From: an uncultured bacterium
GTDB lineage: Bacteria > Actinomycetota > Acidimicrobiia > Spongiisociales > ZC4RG35
Length of the DNA: 64,000 bases
Direction of reading: 5' to 3'
Assembly (NCBI GenBank): GCA_963753285.1
Contig: CAVWBT010000003.1
Location: 225,039 to 289,038 of the forward strand
Shown here: positions 27,795 through 38,628 of the stretch, one piece after another
Layout: each line of letters opens with the position of its first letter
How positions within the stretch are numbered: position 1 is the first letter of the stretch
Made by a program: the position numbers and the translations under genes
The notes under the pieces: model-generated
Database searches by the model: none
The model's input: the letters and a program-made list of their open reading frames with translations, nothing else
What the model was told of the DNA's origin: nothing

Positions 27795-29069
27795 ATGCCA
27801 TCGACAGTCGTGCTCGGGGCCCAGTGGGGTGACGAGGGCAAGGGACGGGTCACCGACTTCTTCGCCCAGTCGGCCGACTATGTGGTCCGATACCAGGGCG
27901 GGAACAACGCCGGTCACACCATCATCATCGGCGATCAGAAGTTCGCCCTCTCCCTGACACCCAGCGGGGTCATGTACCCCCACGCCGTGCCTGTCATCGC
28001 CTCGGGCACGGTGATCGACCCCAAGGTGCTCCTCGACGAGTTGGACATGCTCGAGTCGCGTGGCGTCGACACGTCGAGGCTGCGCATCTCGTCGAACGCG
28101 CATCTCATCATGCCGTATCACAAGAAGCTCGACGCCGTGATGGAACGATTCCTGGGCCGCAACCAGATCGGTACGACGAAGAAGGGCATCGGGCCGGCAT
28201 ACACCGACAAGTACCAGCGGCGCGGAATCCGGGTCCAGGACCTCTTCGACCCGAAGATCTTCCGCGACAAGGTCGACGTCGCACTCGGCGACACCAACCG
28301 GCTGCTGACCAGGGTGTACAACCAACTGCCCATGGACGGCTCCACGATCGCCGACGAGTACCTCGAGTACGCCGAACGGCTGCTGCCGTACGTCGATGAC
28401 ACGTCGCTGTTGCTGTGGGACGCGCTGCGAGACGGCAAGAACGTGCTCTTCGAGGGAGCCCAGGGGACCCTGCTCGACATCGATCACGGCACCTATCCCT
28501 TCGTGACCTCTTCCAACCCGACCGCCGGTGGAGCGGTCGTGGGCTCGGGGATCGGACCGAAGATGATCGACGAGGTCGTCGGCGTCGCGAAGGGCTACAT
28601 CTCCCGTGTCGGCACCGGCCCCTTTCCGACCGAACTCGACGATGAGATCGGCGAGACCATGGTCGAACTGGGCGGCGAGTACGGCGTCGTCACGGGCAGG
28701 CGCCGCCGCTGCGGGTGGCTCGATCTGGTCGCGCTTCGGTATGCGGTTCGCATCAACAGCCTGACCCAGCTGTTCCTCACCAAGATCGACATCCTCTCCG
28801 CTTTCGACACGATCAAGGTCGCCACCGCCTACACGTCGCTGGGCGAACGCTATGACCACTTCCCACGACAGCAACGGGTGCTCTACAACTGCACGCCGAT
28901 CTACGAGGAGTTGCCGGGCTGGAAGACGGACATCACGGGCTGCCGCGAGTTCGAGGAGCTCCCAGCGGAGGCCCAGGACTACATCGCCTACATCGAAGAC
29001 GCCATCGGCATCCCGATCGGCTGGGTGTCGGTCGGGCCCGAGCGCCATCAGCTGATCAACCGCCAATGA
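27795..29069 (+). CDS. purA: Adenylosuccinate synthetase
   Basis: P-loop GAQWGDEGKGR, GNNAGHT, GIGPAYTDK, and a full-length 424-aa PurA-like protein. Confidence 0.95.
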   Translation: MPSTVVLGAQWGDEGKGRVTDFFAQSADYVVRYQGGNNAGHTIIIGDQKFALSLTPSGVMYPHAVPVIASGTVIDPKVLLDELDMLESRGVDTSRLRISSNAHLIMPYHKKLDAVMERFLGRNQIGTTKKGIGPAYTDKYQRRGIRVQDLFDPKIFRDKVDVALGDTNRLLTRVYNQLPMDGSTIADEYLEYAERLLPYVDDTSLLLWDALRDGKNVLFEGAQGTLLDIDHGTYPFVTSSNPTAGGAVVGSGIGPKMIDEVVGVAKGYISRVGTGPFPTELDDEIGETMVELGGEYGVVTGRRRRCGWLDLVALRYAVRINSLTQLFLTKIDILSAFDTIKVATAYTSLGERYDHFPRQQRVLYNCTPIYEELPGWKTDITGCREFEELPAEAQDYIAYIEDAIGIPIGWVSVGPERHQLINRQ

Positions 29070-30323
29070 AGGTCCTGCTGATCGGATCGGGCGCCCGCGA
29101 GCACGCCCTCGGGTGGAAGCTCGCTCAATCCGAACACGTGTCAGAGCTGTTCAGCCTGCCCGGTAACCCGGGGCTGGCCGAGCTCGGAGCCGTGATCGAA
29201 GGCGTGGACCCGACAGATGTGGGTGCGGTCGCAGCACTCGCCCGGGTCCACGCCATCGATTTCGTCGTGGTCGGCCCGGAGGCACCGCTCGCCGCAGGCG
29301 TTGTCGACGCCCTGTCGCGCGTCGGGATCCCGGCGTTCGGACCGACCCGCGCCGCGGCTCGACTCGAATCGTCCAAGTCGTTCGCCAAGGAGATCATGAC
29401 CCGGGCAGGTGTACCGACTCCGGCAGCATGGACCTTCGAGGACTCGGCCGGAGCCGAGACCCACATCCGCAGCCATCAGGGACCGTACGTCGTGAAAGCC
29501 GACGGTCTCGCCGGCGGGAAAGGTGTGCTCGTCACCGGGGATCCCAACGACGCGATCGCCTGGGTACATCGGTGCCTCTCCGACGAGCTGGGCGGCACGA
29601 ACTCGCGTGTCGTGATCGAGGAGTACGCCGCCGGACCGGAGCTCAGCGTCTTCGCCATCTGCGACGGCACGAACAGCCTGCTGTTGGAGCCGGCGCGGGA
29701 CTACAAACGGATCGGGGACGGTGACACCGGCCCGAACACCGGCGGGATGGGCAGCTACTCACCCGTGGATCTCCCCGATGATCTGCTCGATCACGTGGAC
29801 CGCAGCATCATCCGGCCCGTCCTCGACACGATGCGGAACGACGGCGTTCCGTATGTCGGCGTGCTGTATGCCGGCCTGGTGCTGACGGAAGACGGCCCGA
29901 CCGTCATCGAGTTCAATTGCCGGCTCGGCGACCCCGAGACCCAGGTCGTGCTCGCCCGACTCGAGAGCGATCTCTTCGAGGTCCTGAGGGCCGCCACGAC
30001 CGGTGAGCTCGCAGAGATCGAGCTGTCGTGGTCACCCGATTCGGTGGTCAACGTGGTCCTCGCCGCCCACGGATATCCCGAGAGCCCGAGGAAGGGCGAT
30101 GTCGATCAACGGGGTCGCCGACGGCGTCGGGCTCGTCTTCCACGCCGGAACGGTTCGCGACGGCAAACATCTGCGTACGGCGGGTGGACGAGTACTGAGC
30201 GTGCTCGGCCGGGGACCGGATCTGACGTCGGCCAGGTCGGCCGCCTACGGGGCCGTCGATGCCATCTCCTTCAAAGGCAAGACCTACCGCAAGGACATTG
30301 CCGCCTCGGCGTCGATCGGCTGA
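29066..30323 (+). pseudogene. purD: Phosphoribosylamine--glycine ligase purD, interrupted by a +1 frameshift near 30104 in this sequence (either a genuine pseudogene or a sequencing indel)
   Basis: PurD-like from MKVLLIGSGAREHALGWKL through ...AHGYPESPRKGDV in one frame. The conserved C-terminus INGVADGVGLVFHAGT...GGRVLSVLGRG...KTYRKDIA continues in another frame (ORF 30003-30323). The junction is GATGTC-G-ATCAAC. Confidence 0.8.
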
Positions 30324-30399
30324 CCGGACGCGGTCGACCGCCTGAACCCGACTGCCGACGACCGCTCGGTTGCGACGGGCTTCCCGGTCGAGCAATCGA

Positions 30400-31581
30400 T
30401 CAACTCAGGTATGCGCGCAGATCCTCGGCCAGGTCACCGCGGGGGACGACCTCGATCGCTCCGCAGTCGAGCCAGCGAGCGGTCTCTTCGAGGTGGGCGG
30501 CGAGCCGCTGTGCCACTTCATCGCGGTGATGTCCTGGCTCGAGATGGGCGGCCTGGACACGGAGGACCTCGGCCTTGCGATCCGTCTTGAGATCGACACG
30601 GGCGACGATCTCACCGTCCATCAGGAACGGCAGGACGTAGTAGCCGTGGACCCGCTGCTCCTCAGGCACGTAGATCTCGATCCGGTAGTGGAGGCCGAAG
30701 ACGCGGAGTGCCCGGTCGCGATGCCAGATGAGCGGGTCGAACGGGGACAGGAGCGCCGCTCCCTCGATCCGTCGGGGAATGGTTGCGTCGACGTGTCGAT
30801 AGGCGGGCTCTCCCCAGCCCGACACCTCGACCTCGAACACCGAGCCGGCATCGAGCACCCTGGGAAACAGTCTGCGGGCGTCGGGCATGCGGATGCGGTA
30901 GTAGTCGGCGATGTCGGCGAGGGTTCCCACTCCCAGCGCACGGGCGGACAGTTCCAGGAGTTCGACGATGGCATCGTCACGACCCGGTCCTTCGCTGCGA
31001 TGGTGATCGGCGACGACGCGCTCGATGACGTCGTACATGCGATGGAAGTTCGGCCGATCGGCAACGTTGACGGCTCCCGTGCGGAAGTGCCACTCGAGCG
31101 CGATCTTCCCGCGGCCGTATCCCCACCACGGACCGGTCCGCTCGCCGGGGTCGGAGAGACCGCCGACCGTGAGCGGCCCGCGCCGGTGGACCTCCTCGAG
31201 CACCGACTCGAGATATCCCGGGTGCTCCTTCATGAGGGTGGCCGCCCGCCCCTTCGGGTCGGCGGCCCGCATCCGGTGGGTCATGAGACGGAACGAGTCC
31301 TGGGGAAGGATCGAGGCTTCGTGCGCCCAGTACTCGAAGTGCTCGCCCGACTGCCACAGCCAGCGGTCGAGGCGCTCGCGGTCGTAGGAACCGAGGCGGG
31401 CGAAGAACACCCAGTAGTGGGTCCGGGCGGAGACGTTGACCGAGTCGAGCTGCACCAACTGGAGTCGGCGCATCACACTGCGGAAGTGGCGGGCGTCAGG
31501 CGGCCCGGTCGGCGAAGCGGAGCCCATTCCGGAACTCGCCAGCGATATTCGGCGCGCGGCGTCGGCGGTCATCGTTCGCAT
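30400..31581 (-). CDS. Winged-helix domain protein of the YcaQ/AlkZ-like DNA glycosylase family (DUF1006)
   Basis: N-terminal RLQLVQLDSVNVSARTHYWVFFARLGSYDRERLDRWL, matching the signature region of this family. Confidence 0.7.
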   Translation of the reverse strand: MRTMTADAARRISLASSGMGSASPTGPPDARHFRSVMRRLQLVQLDSVNVSARTHYWVFFARLGSYDRERLDRWLWQSGEHFEYWAHEASILPQDSFRLMTHRMRAADPKGRAATLMKEHPGYLESVLEEVHRRGPLTVGGLSDPGERTGPWWGYGRGKIALEWHFRTGAVNVADRPNFHRMYDVIERVVADHHRSEGPGRDDAIVELLELSARALGVGTLADIADYYRIRMPDARRLFPRVLDAGSVFEVEVSGWGEPAYRHVDATIPRRIEGAALLSPFDPLIWHRDRALRVFGLHYRIEIYVPEEQRVHGYYVLPFLMDGEIVARVDLKTDRKAEVLRVQAAHLEPGHHRDEVAQRLAAHLEETARWLDCGAIEVVPRGDLAEDLRAYLS

Positions 31582-31638
31582 CTGAGGCGATGCTAGAAGG
31601 TGGAGGCGACGATCTGGCCTGCGCCGTCCGGAGCGGTT

Positions 31639-32229
31639 TCAGGGACGGTTCGGCTGACCCTTGGACGTTTCCGTGCTGGACTCGTCGTCGCTCGAGTTGT
31701 CGTCCGACTTGCCGTTGTTCGACTTGTCGTCCGACTTGCCGTTGTTCGACTTGTCGTCCGACTTGCCGTTGTTCGACTTGTCGTCCGACTTGCCGTTGTT
31801 CGACTTGTCCTTGGCGTCCTTGGCCGCCTTGGCCTCGTCCGACTTGCCCTTGAGCGTCTCGTACAGGCTCGACAACTCCGACAGCTTCGAGCCTGTGTCC
31901 TTCTTCAGCTGGCCGGGCACTTCGCGTTCTAGCAACGCCTCGTGCACTTCCTGGGCATTCGCGGGACCCTGTCCCTCGCCCTGACGGTTCGAGTTCTCGT
32001 GCTTGGCGACCCAAGCGTCGTAGACGCCGAGCGCCTCGATCAGGCCCTCGTCGACGACGATCGTGTCACCATCGCCTGCAAGCTCGGACGCAGCCGTCAG
32101 ACCGAGGGCCACGCCCTCGACGGCGCGATCGAAGTTCGGGGCGGGCTGTGCGCTCGCCTGGGCGGCGGACACGAGCACGAGAAGTGCTCCGGCGAGCATG
32201 GAGGCGATGAGGCGACGGATACTGATCAT
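31639..32229 (-). CDS. Secreted low-complexity protein with (KSDDKSNNG)n tandem repeats
   Basis: Signal peptide MISIRRLIASMLAGALLVLVSAAQASA; C-terminal half Lys/Asp/Ser/Asn-rich with four to five identical 9-aa repeats. Confidence 0.6.
   Translation of the reverse strand: MISIRRLIASMLAGALLVLVSAAQASAQPAPNFDRAVEGVALGLTAASELAGDGDTIVVDEGLIEALGVYDAWVAKHENSNRQGEGQGPANAQEVHEALLEREVPGQLKKDTGSKLSELSSLYETLKGKSDEAKAAKDAKDKSNNGKSDDKSNNGKSDDKSNNGKSDDKSNNGKSDDNSSDDESSTETSKGQPNRP
31699..31806. repeat. Four perfect tandem copies of a 27-bp unit (GTCGTCCGACTTGCCGTTGTTCGACTT) within the coding sequence
   Basis: Read directly; the in-frame 27-bp (9-codon) period encodes KSDDKSNNG on the minus strand. Confidence 0.9.
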
Positions 32230-32270
32230 TTCGTCAGACAAGTACAAACCTCACTCTGAGTGTTACACCT

Positions 32271-32762
32271 TCACTCATCTTGGAGCGCCTGGAGATCGTC
32301 GAGGTACTCGGGACAGATCAGCTGGACACTGGCGCCGAGGATCACGCCGCCGAGCACGAGGTCATCGTCGGAGAGTTCACCGTATTGTGCTTCCAGCGAG
32401 GAGATGTAGGACTCGAGCACGCCGGTCGGACTCACATCGGCTTCGAGCAGCGAGCAGAAGAGCCTCCCGACACTGATGTAGCTCTCGGGGTCGAGATAGG
32501 CGTCGCCCTCGTACTCGGTCCCCATCAGCCCGCGATCGATCGCCGCGAGGTAGCGCGCCAGAGGTGGGACGTCCTCCCGGGGCAGCGTGTCGCCCGGGGA
32601 CAGATCGGTGGTGGCGGTGGTTTCGACGACCGCCGTGGACGTCGTCACGACGGACGGCTCGGTGTCACTCACGGTGGTCGCGGTGTCACCACCGGTGCAG
32701 GCCACCAAGACCAGCCCAACGGCGATTCCCCCAAGAAGTCTTCGTGATGACATGCGCTGCAA
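32271..32762 (-). CDS. Putative lipoprotein
   Basis: Signal peptide and lipobox (LVLVACTGG), Thr-rich linker, conserved Cys pair in the C-terminal domain. Confidence 0.6.
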   Translation of the reverse strand: MQRMSSRRLLGGIAVGLVLVACTGGDTATTVSDTEPSVVTTSTAVVETTATTDLSPGDTLPREDVPPLARYLAAIDRGLMGTEYEGDAYLDPESYISVGRLFCSLLEADVSPTGVLESYISSLEAQYGELSDDDLVLGGVILGASVQLICPEYLDDLQALQDE

Positions 32763-32817
32763 CAGGCTACTTCACGGATGTGCATCAGCCATCCACGCGT
32801 GTCAGACTCCGCACCGT

Positions 32818-34117
32818 GATACCCCGCTACAGCCTCCCCGAGATGTCCGCGATCTGGTCCGATCAGCGTCGCCTCGACATGTGGAAACAGGTCGAGGCGC
32901 TGGTCGTCGACGCGTGGGTGGCCGAGGGAGTCGCCCCCGAGTCGGCGGCGCGTGCCGCCCATCAGGCGGCGGTGCCCACGCCGGAGCAGGTCGCAGAACG
33001 AGAAGCGGTGACGAACCACGACATGGCCGCCTTCGTCGACCTGTTGGCGGCCAACTCGGGTGAAGGCGGTGAATGGATCCACTTCGGTCTGACGTCGTCG
33101 GACGTGCTCGACACCGCCAATGGCGTTCTCATGAGGGACGCTGCCGACCAGTTGTGTGCTCGGATCGAGACGCTGTTCGACACGGTTCGGCGGCGGGCGT
33201 TCGAGTTCCGGGAGACGCCGATGCTCGGCAGAACGCACGGCATCTGGGCCGAGCCGACCAGCTTCGGGTTGAAACTCGCCACCTGGGCGTTCGAGCTGGA
33301 ACGTGCGCATCGTCGCATGGTCGACGCGCGAGCGGCTGTTGCGGTGGGAAAGATCAGCGGGGCGGTCGGCACCTACGCGCACACGCCGCCATCGGTGGAG
33401 GCCCACGTGTGCGCCGCACTCGGCATCGGCGTCGAGGATGCATCGACCCAGGTGACCCACCGCGACCGTCACGCCCAGTTCCTCTCCACGATCGCTCTGA
33501 CCGGAAGCTCGATCGAACGATTCGCCACCGAGATCCGCCACCTCCAGCGATCGGAAGTGGGCGAGGCCAGGGAAGCCTTCAGGGAAGGCCAGAAGGGTTC
33601 ATCGGCCATGCCACACAAGCGGAACCCCATCCTCTCCGAACGCATGACCGGAATGGCGCGGGTCCTCCGGGGATACTCACAGACTGCGCTCGAGAACGTG
33701 GCGCTCTGGCACGAACGGGACATCAGCCACTCCTCGGCAGAGCGCATCGTGCTACCGGACGCGTGCATCCTGCTCGACTACATGCTTGCGAAGTTCGACG
33801 GGCTGGTGGACCGTCTCGTCGTCGACACCGAGCGGATGAGCGGCAATCTCGAGTCCACTCGCGGTCTCGTCAATTCGCAGGCCGTCCTGCTTGCGCTCAT
33901 CGAGCGGGGGCACACTCGCGACGGCGCCTACCGGATCGTCCAGCGGAACGCCATGCGTGCCTGGGACGAGGGACTGCATCTCCGCGACCTCCTGCGAGAC
34001 GATCCCGAGGTCGATCTCTCCGACGGCGAACTCGATGGGTGCTTCCGACCCGAGCGATTCCTGAGGAACACGGCGCCGGTCTTCGAACGACTCGAGGCGC
34101 TCTCACTCGTCCGCTGA
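32818..34117 (+). CDS. purB: Adenylosuccinate lyase
   Basis: Start at GTG giving MIPRYSLPEMSAIWS; fumarate-lyase signature GSSAMPHKRNP; 433 aa. Confidence 0.9.
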
Positions 34118-35308
34118 CCGGGCCGCGGCCGGATAGACGGAAGCCAGCGTGTCGTTGAATCGCTTGGCGGGGATCAACACCTGCGCGCCGCCGGGGGTCC
34201 GGTAGTTCTGGATCGAGATCGTCAGGCGCCTGACCGACGACGGATCCAAGCTCCGATACCGAAAGGCGAGAGACGCCATGTCGCCGACACCCCACCCCGA
34301 GTCGGTCCTGACGACGCTGGACAGATTCGACAGAATCGAGGACAGCGCGCCGACCGACGACGTGGACGTCAGCTTCCGGGCGAGCTGGAACAAGATCTCC
34401 TGTTGCTTGCCCTGCCGGTCGAAGTCACTGCCGCCTGGGCGGGTCCACTCGCCATCCTCACCCTGGTATTCCGGGTTGCGAGAACGAACCCATGCGAGCG
34501 TCGTCGGACCGTCCGCCTGGTGGCATCCGGGGCCGAGGTTCAGCCCGGACTTGGGGTCTCGAATCGATCGGTCGCCCACGCAGACGGTGGTGCCACCGAG
34601 TTGATCGACGATCCATTCGAAACCCGAGAAGTTCACACGAGCGAAGTGGTCGACCTCGATGCCGGTGAAGTCCTTCACGGTCAGCGCCAACAGCTCGGGG
34701 CCGGATGCGACACCGCGACAACCGCCCAACGCACTGTTGACCCGCGCATATCCACCGGAGCACTCGTCTACGAGATACAGGTCTCGGGGCAGCGAGGCCA
34801 TGATCGGAGTGGAGCCGTCCGACGGCAGGAGGACGTAGATCAACACGTCGGCCAGGAATCCGGACGCATCGGCGCCGATCAGCAGCACCGAGTTGAACAT
34901 GTCGTCGGGAAGCGGCGGGCTGGAGACGTTCGGCACGACGAACGGTTCCTCGACGTTGCGCTGCTCCTCGAGTTCCTCGAGCAGCGCCTGGATCTCGGCG
35001 TCCGTCAACGCCTGCGCTCGCTGGGCCTGCGCCTCGGCGAGGAGTTGGGCTTCCCGGGCGGCGATCTGCGCGGCGATGTCGGCCTCCGTCTGCGTCGCCA
35101 GGGTCTCCCCGGCGCCAGAGGGATCGAAGTCCTCCGTTGCGATGCTGTTGACAGCTCCGACAGCCTGGACGATCAGGAACAACCCGGCGCCGACACCCAC
35201 CCCGACGACCACAGTGAGTGACGCCAGGAGCGGTTTGGACCGCACCCAATCGAAGATCTGCTCCATGGAGGCCGAGTCTACGAGTGCGGGTCGCGCAACC
35301 CGTTCCAC
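34103..35308 (-). CDS. LytR-CpsA-Psr (LCP) family cell-envelope phosphotransferase
   Basis: N-terminal TM anchor then LCP core (NSVLLIGAD..., LYLVDECSGGYARVNSALGG..., VDHFARVNFSGFEWIVDQLGG). Confidence 0.85.
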   Translation of the reverse strand: MERVARPALVDSASMEQIFDWVRSKPLLASLTVVVGVGVGAGLFLIVQAVGAVNSIATEDFDPSGAGETLATQTEADIAAQIAAREAQLLAEAQAQRAQALTDAEIQALLEELEEQRNVEEPFVVPNVSSPPLPDDMFNSVLLIGADASGFLADVLIYVLLPSDGSTPIMASLPRDLYLVDECSGGYARVNSALGGCRGVASGPELLALTVKDFTGIEVDHFARVNFSGFEWIVDQLGGTTVCVGDRSIRDPKSGLNLGPGCHQADGPTTLAWVRSRNPEYQGEDGEWTRPGGSDFDRQGKQQEILFQLARKLTSTSSVGALSSILSNLSSVVRTDSGWGVGDMASLAFRYRSLDPSSVRRLTISIQNYRTPGGAQVLIPAKRFNDTLASVYPAAARSADE

Positions 35309-35342
35309 CCCGAGCCGCCGTCACGTGCACGCAGGGTGACGG

Positions 35343-35726
35343 TCACGACGAGATGTGGACAGTGCCCGTGAAGAGGCCGACGATCCGATCCTCGTTGCGT
35401 CGCACCACGATCCGGTAGGTCGCAAGCGTGCGCCCTCGAGTGGTCTCTTCGGCGACGGCGCTCAACACGTCACCCTCAGACGACCCTCCGGTCAGGACCA
35501 GATGGGTGTCGATCGCCACTGCCCGGGCACCCGCTCGATTCGACGCGAGAGCAAATGCACAATCGGCGAGCGAGAACATCGCTCCGCCGTGCGTGACCCC
35601 GAGGAAGTTCTGGTGTTCGGGGCGGACGACCATCGCCACCTCGATCGGATCATCGCTGCGGAGCTCGATGCCGAGGTGCGCGGCGTAGGAGTCGTTCGAG
35701 AGCATCTCTGCGGGGTCGAGCACCAT
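35343..35726 (-). CDS. PaaI-family hotdog-fold thioesterase
   Basis: LGVTHGGAMFSLADCAFALASN...ATYRIVVRRNEDRIVGLFTGTVHI; start set at MVLDPAEM (the ORF extends upstream into low-complexity sequence). Confidence 0.75.
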   Translation of the reverse strand: MVLDPAEMLSNDSYAAHLGIELRSDDPIEVAMVVRPEHQNFLGVTHGGAMFSLADCAFALASNRAGARAVAIDTHLVLTGGSSEGDVLSAVAEETTRGRTLATYRIVVRRNEDRIVGLFTGTVHISS

Positions 35727-35774
35727 GGCGCCAACGTAGCGGCACAGTCCGACACCAGCGGTAACCTGTCCCCG

Positions 35775-36350
35775 ATGACACGCATCGCATCGGTGCTCGT
35801 CGTCGTGTTGATGCTCTCCGCCTGTTCCGATACGGACTCGAGCGCGCCCTCGACCGACGACTCCACCCCGCCAACCACCTCGGCCGACACCTTCGACAGC
35901 TACACGACCGTCGAGGTCCCCGAACTGGGGTTCTCGATCGACCAGCCGCTCGGATGGACGGCTCAACTCGACGTCGAGGACTCGATCCTTCAGGTCACCG
36001 CGCCCGCCCCGACCGATGGCTTCACGCCGAATTTCAACGTCGCCGTCGGAGACATCCCCCAAGAGCTTCCCGCAATCGCATACTTCGAAGGCGAGGTCTC
36101 CCGTCTCGAAGCGACGTTGCCCGGTGTGGAGATCCTCGAGGTCGCCAACCTCACCATCGACGGCGCCATGGCTCGCGGCATCACCCTGACGAGTACGGAG
36201 AACGACACGACCATCGGGATCTCCCGGCTCATCATCCTCGACGAGAACAATCGCGCCTGGGAGCTGACGTTCTTCGCCGAGGCCTCCACCCTGGAACGTC
36301 TCTCCCGCGTGGTCCAGACCATCTTCGCCAGCTTCCGCTTCCTGGAGTAG
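35775..36350 (+). CDS. Putative lipoprotein
   Basis: MTRIASVLVVVLMLSACSD lipobox, Thr/Ser/Asp linker, globular C-terminal domain; nested in a longer ORF. Confidence 0.6.
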   Translation: MTRIASVLVVVLMLSACSDTDSSAPSTDDSTPPTTSADTFDSYTTVEVPELGFSIDQPLGWTAQLDVEDSILQVTAPAPTDGFTPNFNVAVGDIPQELPAIAYFEGEVSRLEATLPGVEILEVANLTIDGAMARGITLTSTENDTTIGISRLIILDENNRAWELTFFAEASTLERLSRVVQTIFASFRFLE

Positions 36351-36403
36351 CAGTGCTCTCGGTCGGAGGCGGTTGTCTGTGGCCAGTGTGCTGTCGGCCG
36401 TCG

Positions 36404-36451
36404 GCTGTCAGCCATCGGCCCAACGCGTGCTGAGAGCAGAAGGCTGACAGC
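36404..36451 (+). terminator. Hairpin GCTGTCAGCC-(28 nt)-GGCTGACAGC downstream of the lipoprotein gene
   Basis: 10-bp perfect inverted repeat, read directly. Confidence 0.3.
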
Positions 36452-36546
36452 ACGTCCGTCGATCTCACTCCGCGGTCCCGCCATCACCCTGCGAGGGGAC
36501 AGCTTCCTGCAGCGCAGCTGCGGACCGACGCCAATACTGTGGCGCC

Positions 36547-38367
36547 ATGCAGTTCGGCGTGTGTTGGTATCCAGAGCAGTGGCCACCCCAGCGGTGGGCG
36601 ACCGACATCGAGATGATGGCGGACCTCGGGCTCGACCTCGTGCGGGTCGGCGAGTTCGCCTGGGCCAGGATTGAACCCGAGCCCGGCAGCTTCGACTGGG
36701 AATGGCTCGACGCCGTGGTCGAGATGGTGGGCGGCGCCGGCATGGGCATCGTCCTCGGCACACCGACGGCCACTCCACCGGTCTGGCTGATGCGGGCCAA
36801 CCCCGACATCATGATCACCGACCAGCGTGGCGCCCGTGTTCCGTACGGGTCACGCCGCCACACCTGTACGACCTCCGCCACGTACCGCCGCGAGTCGCTG
36901 CGTATCACCGCCGCCCTCGTCGAGCGCTATGGAGCGAACCCGGCCGTCGCCGGCTGGCAGGTGGACAACGAGCCCGGCAACCACGACTCGGCCCGGTGCT
37001 GGTGCGGCGAGTGTGAGTCAGCGTTCTCGGCCTGGCTCCGGGACCGCTTCGGCACCATCGAGGCGCTCAACGAGGCCTGGGGCACGATCTTCTGGTCGCA
37101 GACCTATCCCGATTTCGAGTCGGTTCGGCTCCCCCGAGACACCATGACGTCGCAACACCCGGCGCTCCGCCTCGCCCACCGCAAGTTCGCATCCGACCAG
37201 ACGGTCGACTTTCTCCGGGTCCAGTTCGAGCGAATCCGGCAGGGAGTCGCAGCCGACATACCGATCACCACGAACCTCTACTGCGAGGATCTCAACGTCG
37301 ATGCGCGGGCGGTCGCACGGCTGGGAGGCGTGGCCTCGATGGACAACTATCCGCACGGGGTGTCGACTCCATTCGACACCGCCTATCTCCTGGACTTGCA
37401 CGCAACGGCGTCGGGCCTCGACGGTCGGGCGTGGGTGATGGAACAGCAGGTCGGTCCGGTCAACTGGACCGACGAGAACCCTCAGGTGCCGCACGGCCAG
37501 GCGCGGCTGTGGTTGTGGCAGTCGGCGTTGCACGGATACGACGCATCGCTGGTGTTCCGCTGGCGGGCGGCCCGATACGGCCAGGAGCAGTATCACACCG
37601 GCCTGCTGCGCCACGACGGGACCCCCGAACGCGTCTTCGACGAGGTTCGGTCCACCATCGCCGAGATCAAGCGGGCCGCCCTCCCCAAGCCGAAGCCGAA
37701 GGTGGCCATCATCCACTCGTACAAGGACGCCTGGGCGATCGAGATCAACCCGCACCGTCGCGGGCTCACGCACCGCGCGCTGCTCTTCGAGGCCTACCGG
37801 GCGGCGCGCGGCCTCGGGCTCGACGTCGCCATCGTCGACTCCACCGACGACCTCGCAGCGTTCGAGATCGTCCTCGCTCCTGCCATCCAGATCTCGACGC
37901 CGGAGCGCATCGCCGCGATCGAACGCGCGCTCGACTCCGGTACCGAGGTGATCCTCGGCGCACGCAGCTTCGTGATCGACCGTGAGAACGCCTGGAGCGA
38001 CCGACCGCTACCCGCCGGGTTGACCGATCGACTCGGCGCTCGCGTGATCGAGCCGACCAGTCAGAATCTGCCGGTGACAATCGAACCGTGGGGGACTCCC
38101 GCCGGAATCTGGACGGATGTGCTCGAAGTGGATTCCGCCGAGATCGTCGCCCGCTACGGCGGTTCCACCTATCTAGACGGAAGCCCTGCGGTGGTCACCA
38201 ACAACGGTCTCACGTATGCGGGATTCACCAATCGCGAGTCGTGGCAAGCGCTGCTCGCCGACCGAACCGGGATGAGCCCGGTCGGGGGCAACATCGAACG
38301 GTTTCATCGCGGTGGCGCTCTCTGGACGATCGACCACGACACGAGGCTGGTCACGAAGTCGGAATGA
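36547..38367 (+). CDS. Glycoside hydrolase family 42 beta-galactosidase
   Basis: N-terminal GH42 TIM barrel (QFGVCWYPEQWP...WQVDNEPG; Cys cluster CWCGEC), trimerisation and C-terminal beta domains; 606 aa. Confidence 0.9.
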   Translation: MQFGVCWYPEQWPPQRWATDIEMMADLGLDLVRVGEFAWARIEPEPGSFDWEWLDAVVEMVGGAGMGIVLGTPTATPPVWLMRANPDIMITDQRGARVPYGSRRHTCTTSATYRRESLRITAALVERYGANPAVAGWQVDNEPGNHDSARCWCGECESAFSAWLRDRFGTIEALNEAWGTIFWSQTYPDFESVRLPRDTMTSQHPALRLAHRKFASDQTVDFLRVQFERIRQGVAADIPITTNLYCEDLNVDARAVARLGGVASMDNYPHGVSTPFDTAYLLDLHATASGLDGRAWVMEQQVGPVNWTDENPQVPHGQARLWLWQSALHGYDASLVFRWRAARYGQEQYHTGLLRHDGTPERVFDEVRSTIAEIKRAALPKPKPKVAIIHSYKDAWAIEINPHRRGLTHRALLFEAYRAARGLGLDVAIVDSTDDLAAFEIVLAPAIQISTPERIAAIERALDSGTEVILGARSFVIDRENAWSDRPLPAGLTDRLGARVIEPTSQNLPVTIEPWGTPAGIWTDVLEVDSAEIVARYGGSTYLDGSPAVVTNNGLTYAGFTNRESWQALLADRTGMSPVGGNIERFHRGGALWTIDHDTRLVTKSE

Positions 38368-38628
38368 GCGAATGGGCCCATGACTGTGAGCCTTCTGGCT
38401 CGCTCCTCCCGAGCCCGCCGGTTCCCCACGAGAGACATGGCTCACGGCTGCCAGCACACGGCCCAAGCGCAACGCCAATTCGATCCACGAGGCCGAAGTG
38501 CCCGGTAAAAAGGAGCAGGAGCCTCCGTCGGAGCCGGTCTGCATCCGATAGATTGCCGTCCGCGCCGAACGCGGGGGCGGAGCCTCCTCCGACGTGCGCA
38601 CCGAGAAACCAACCCAAGGTAGGTCGAT

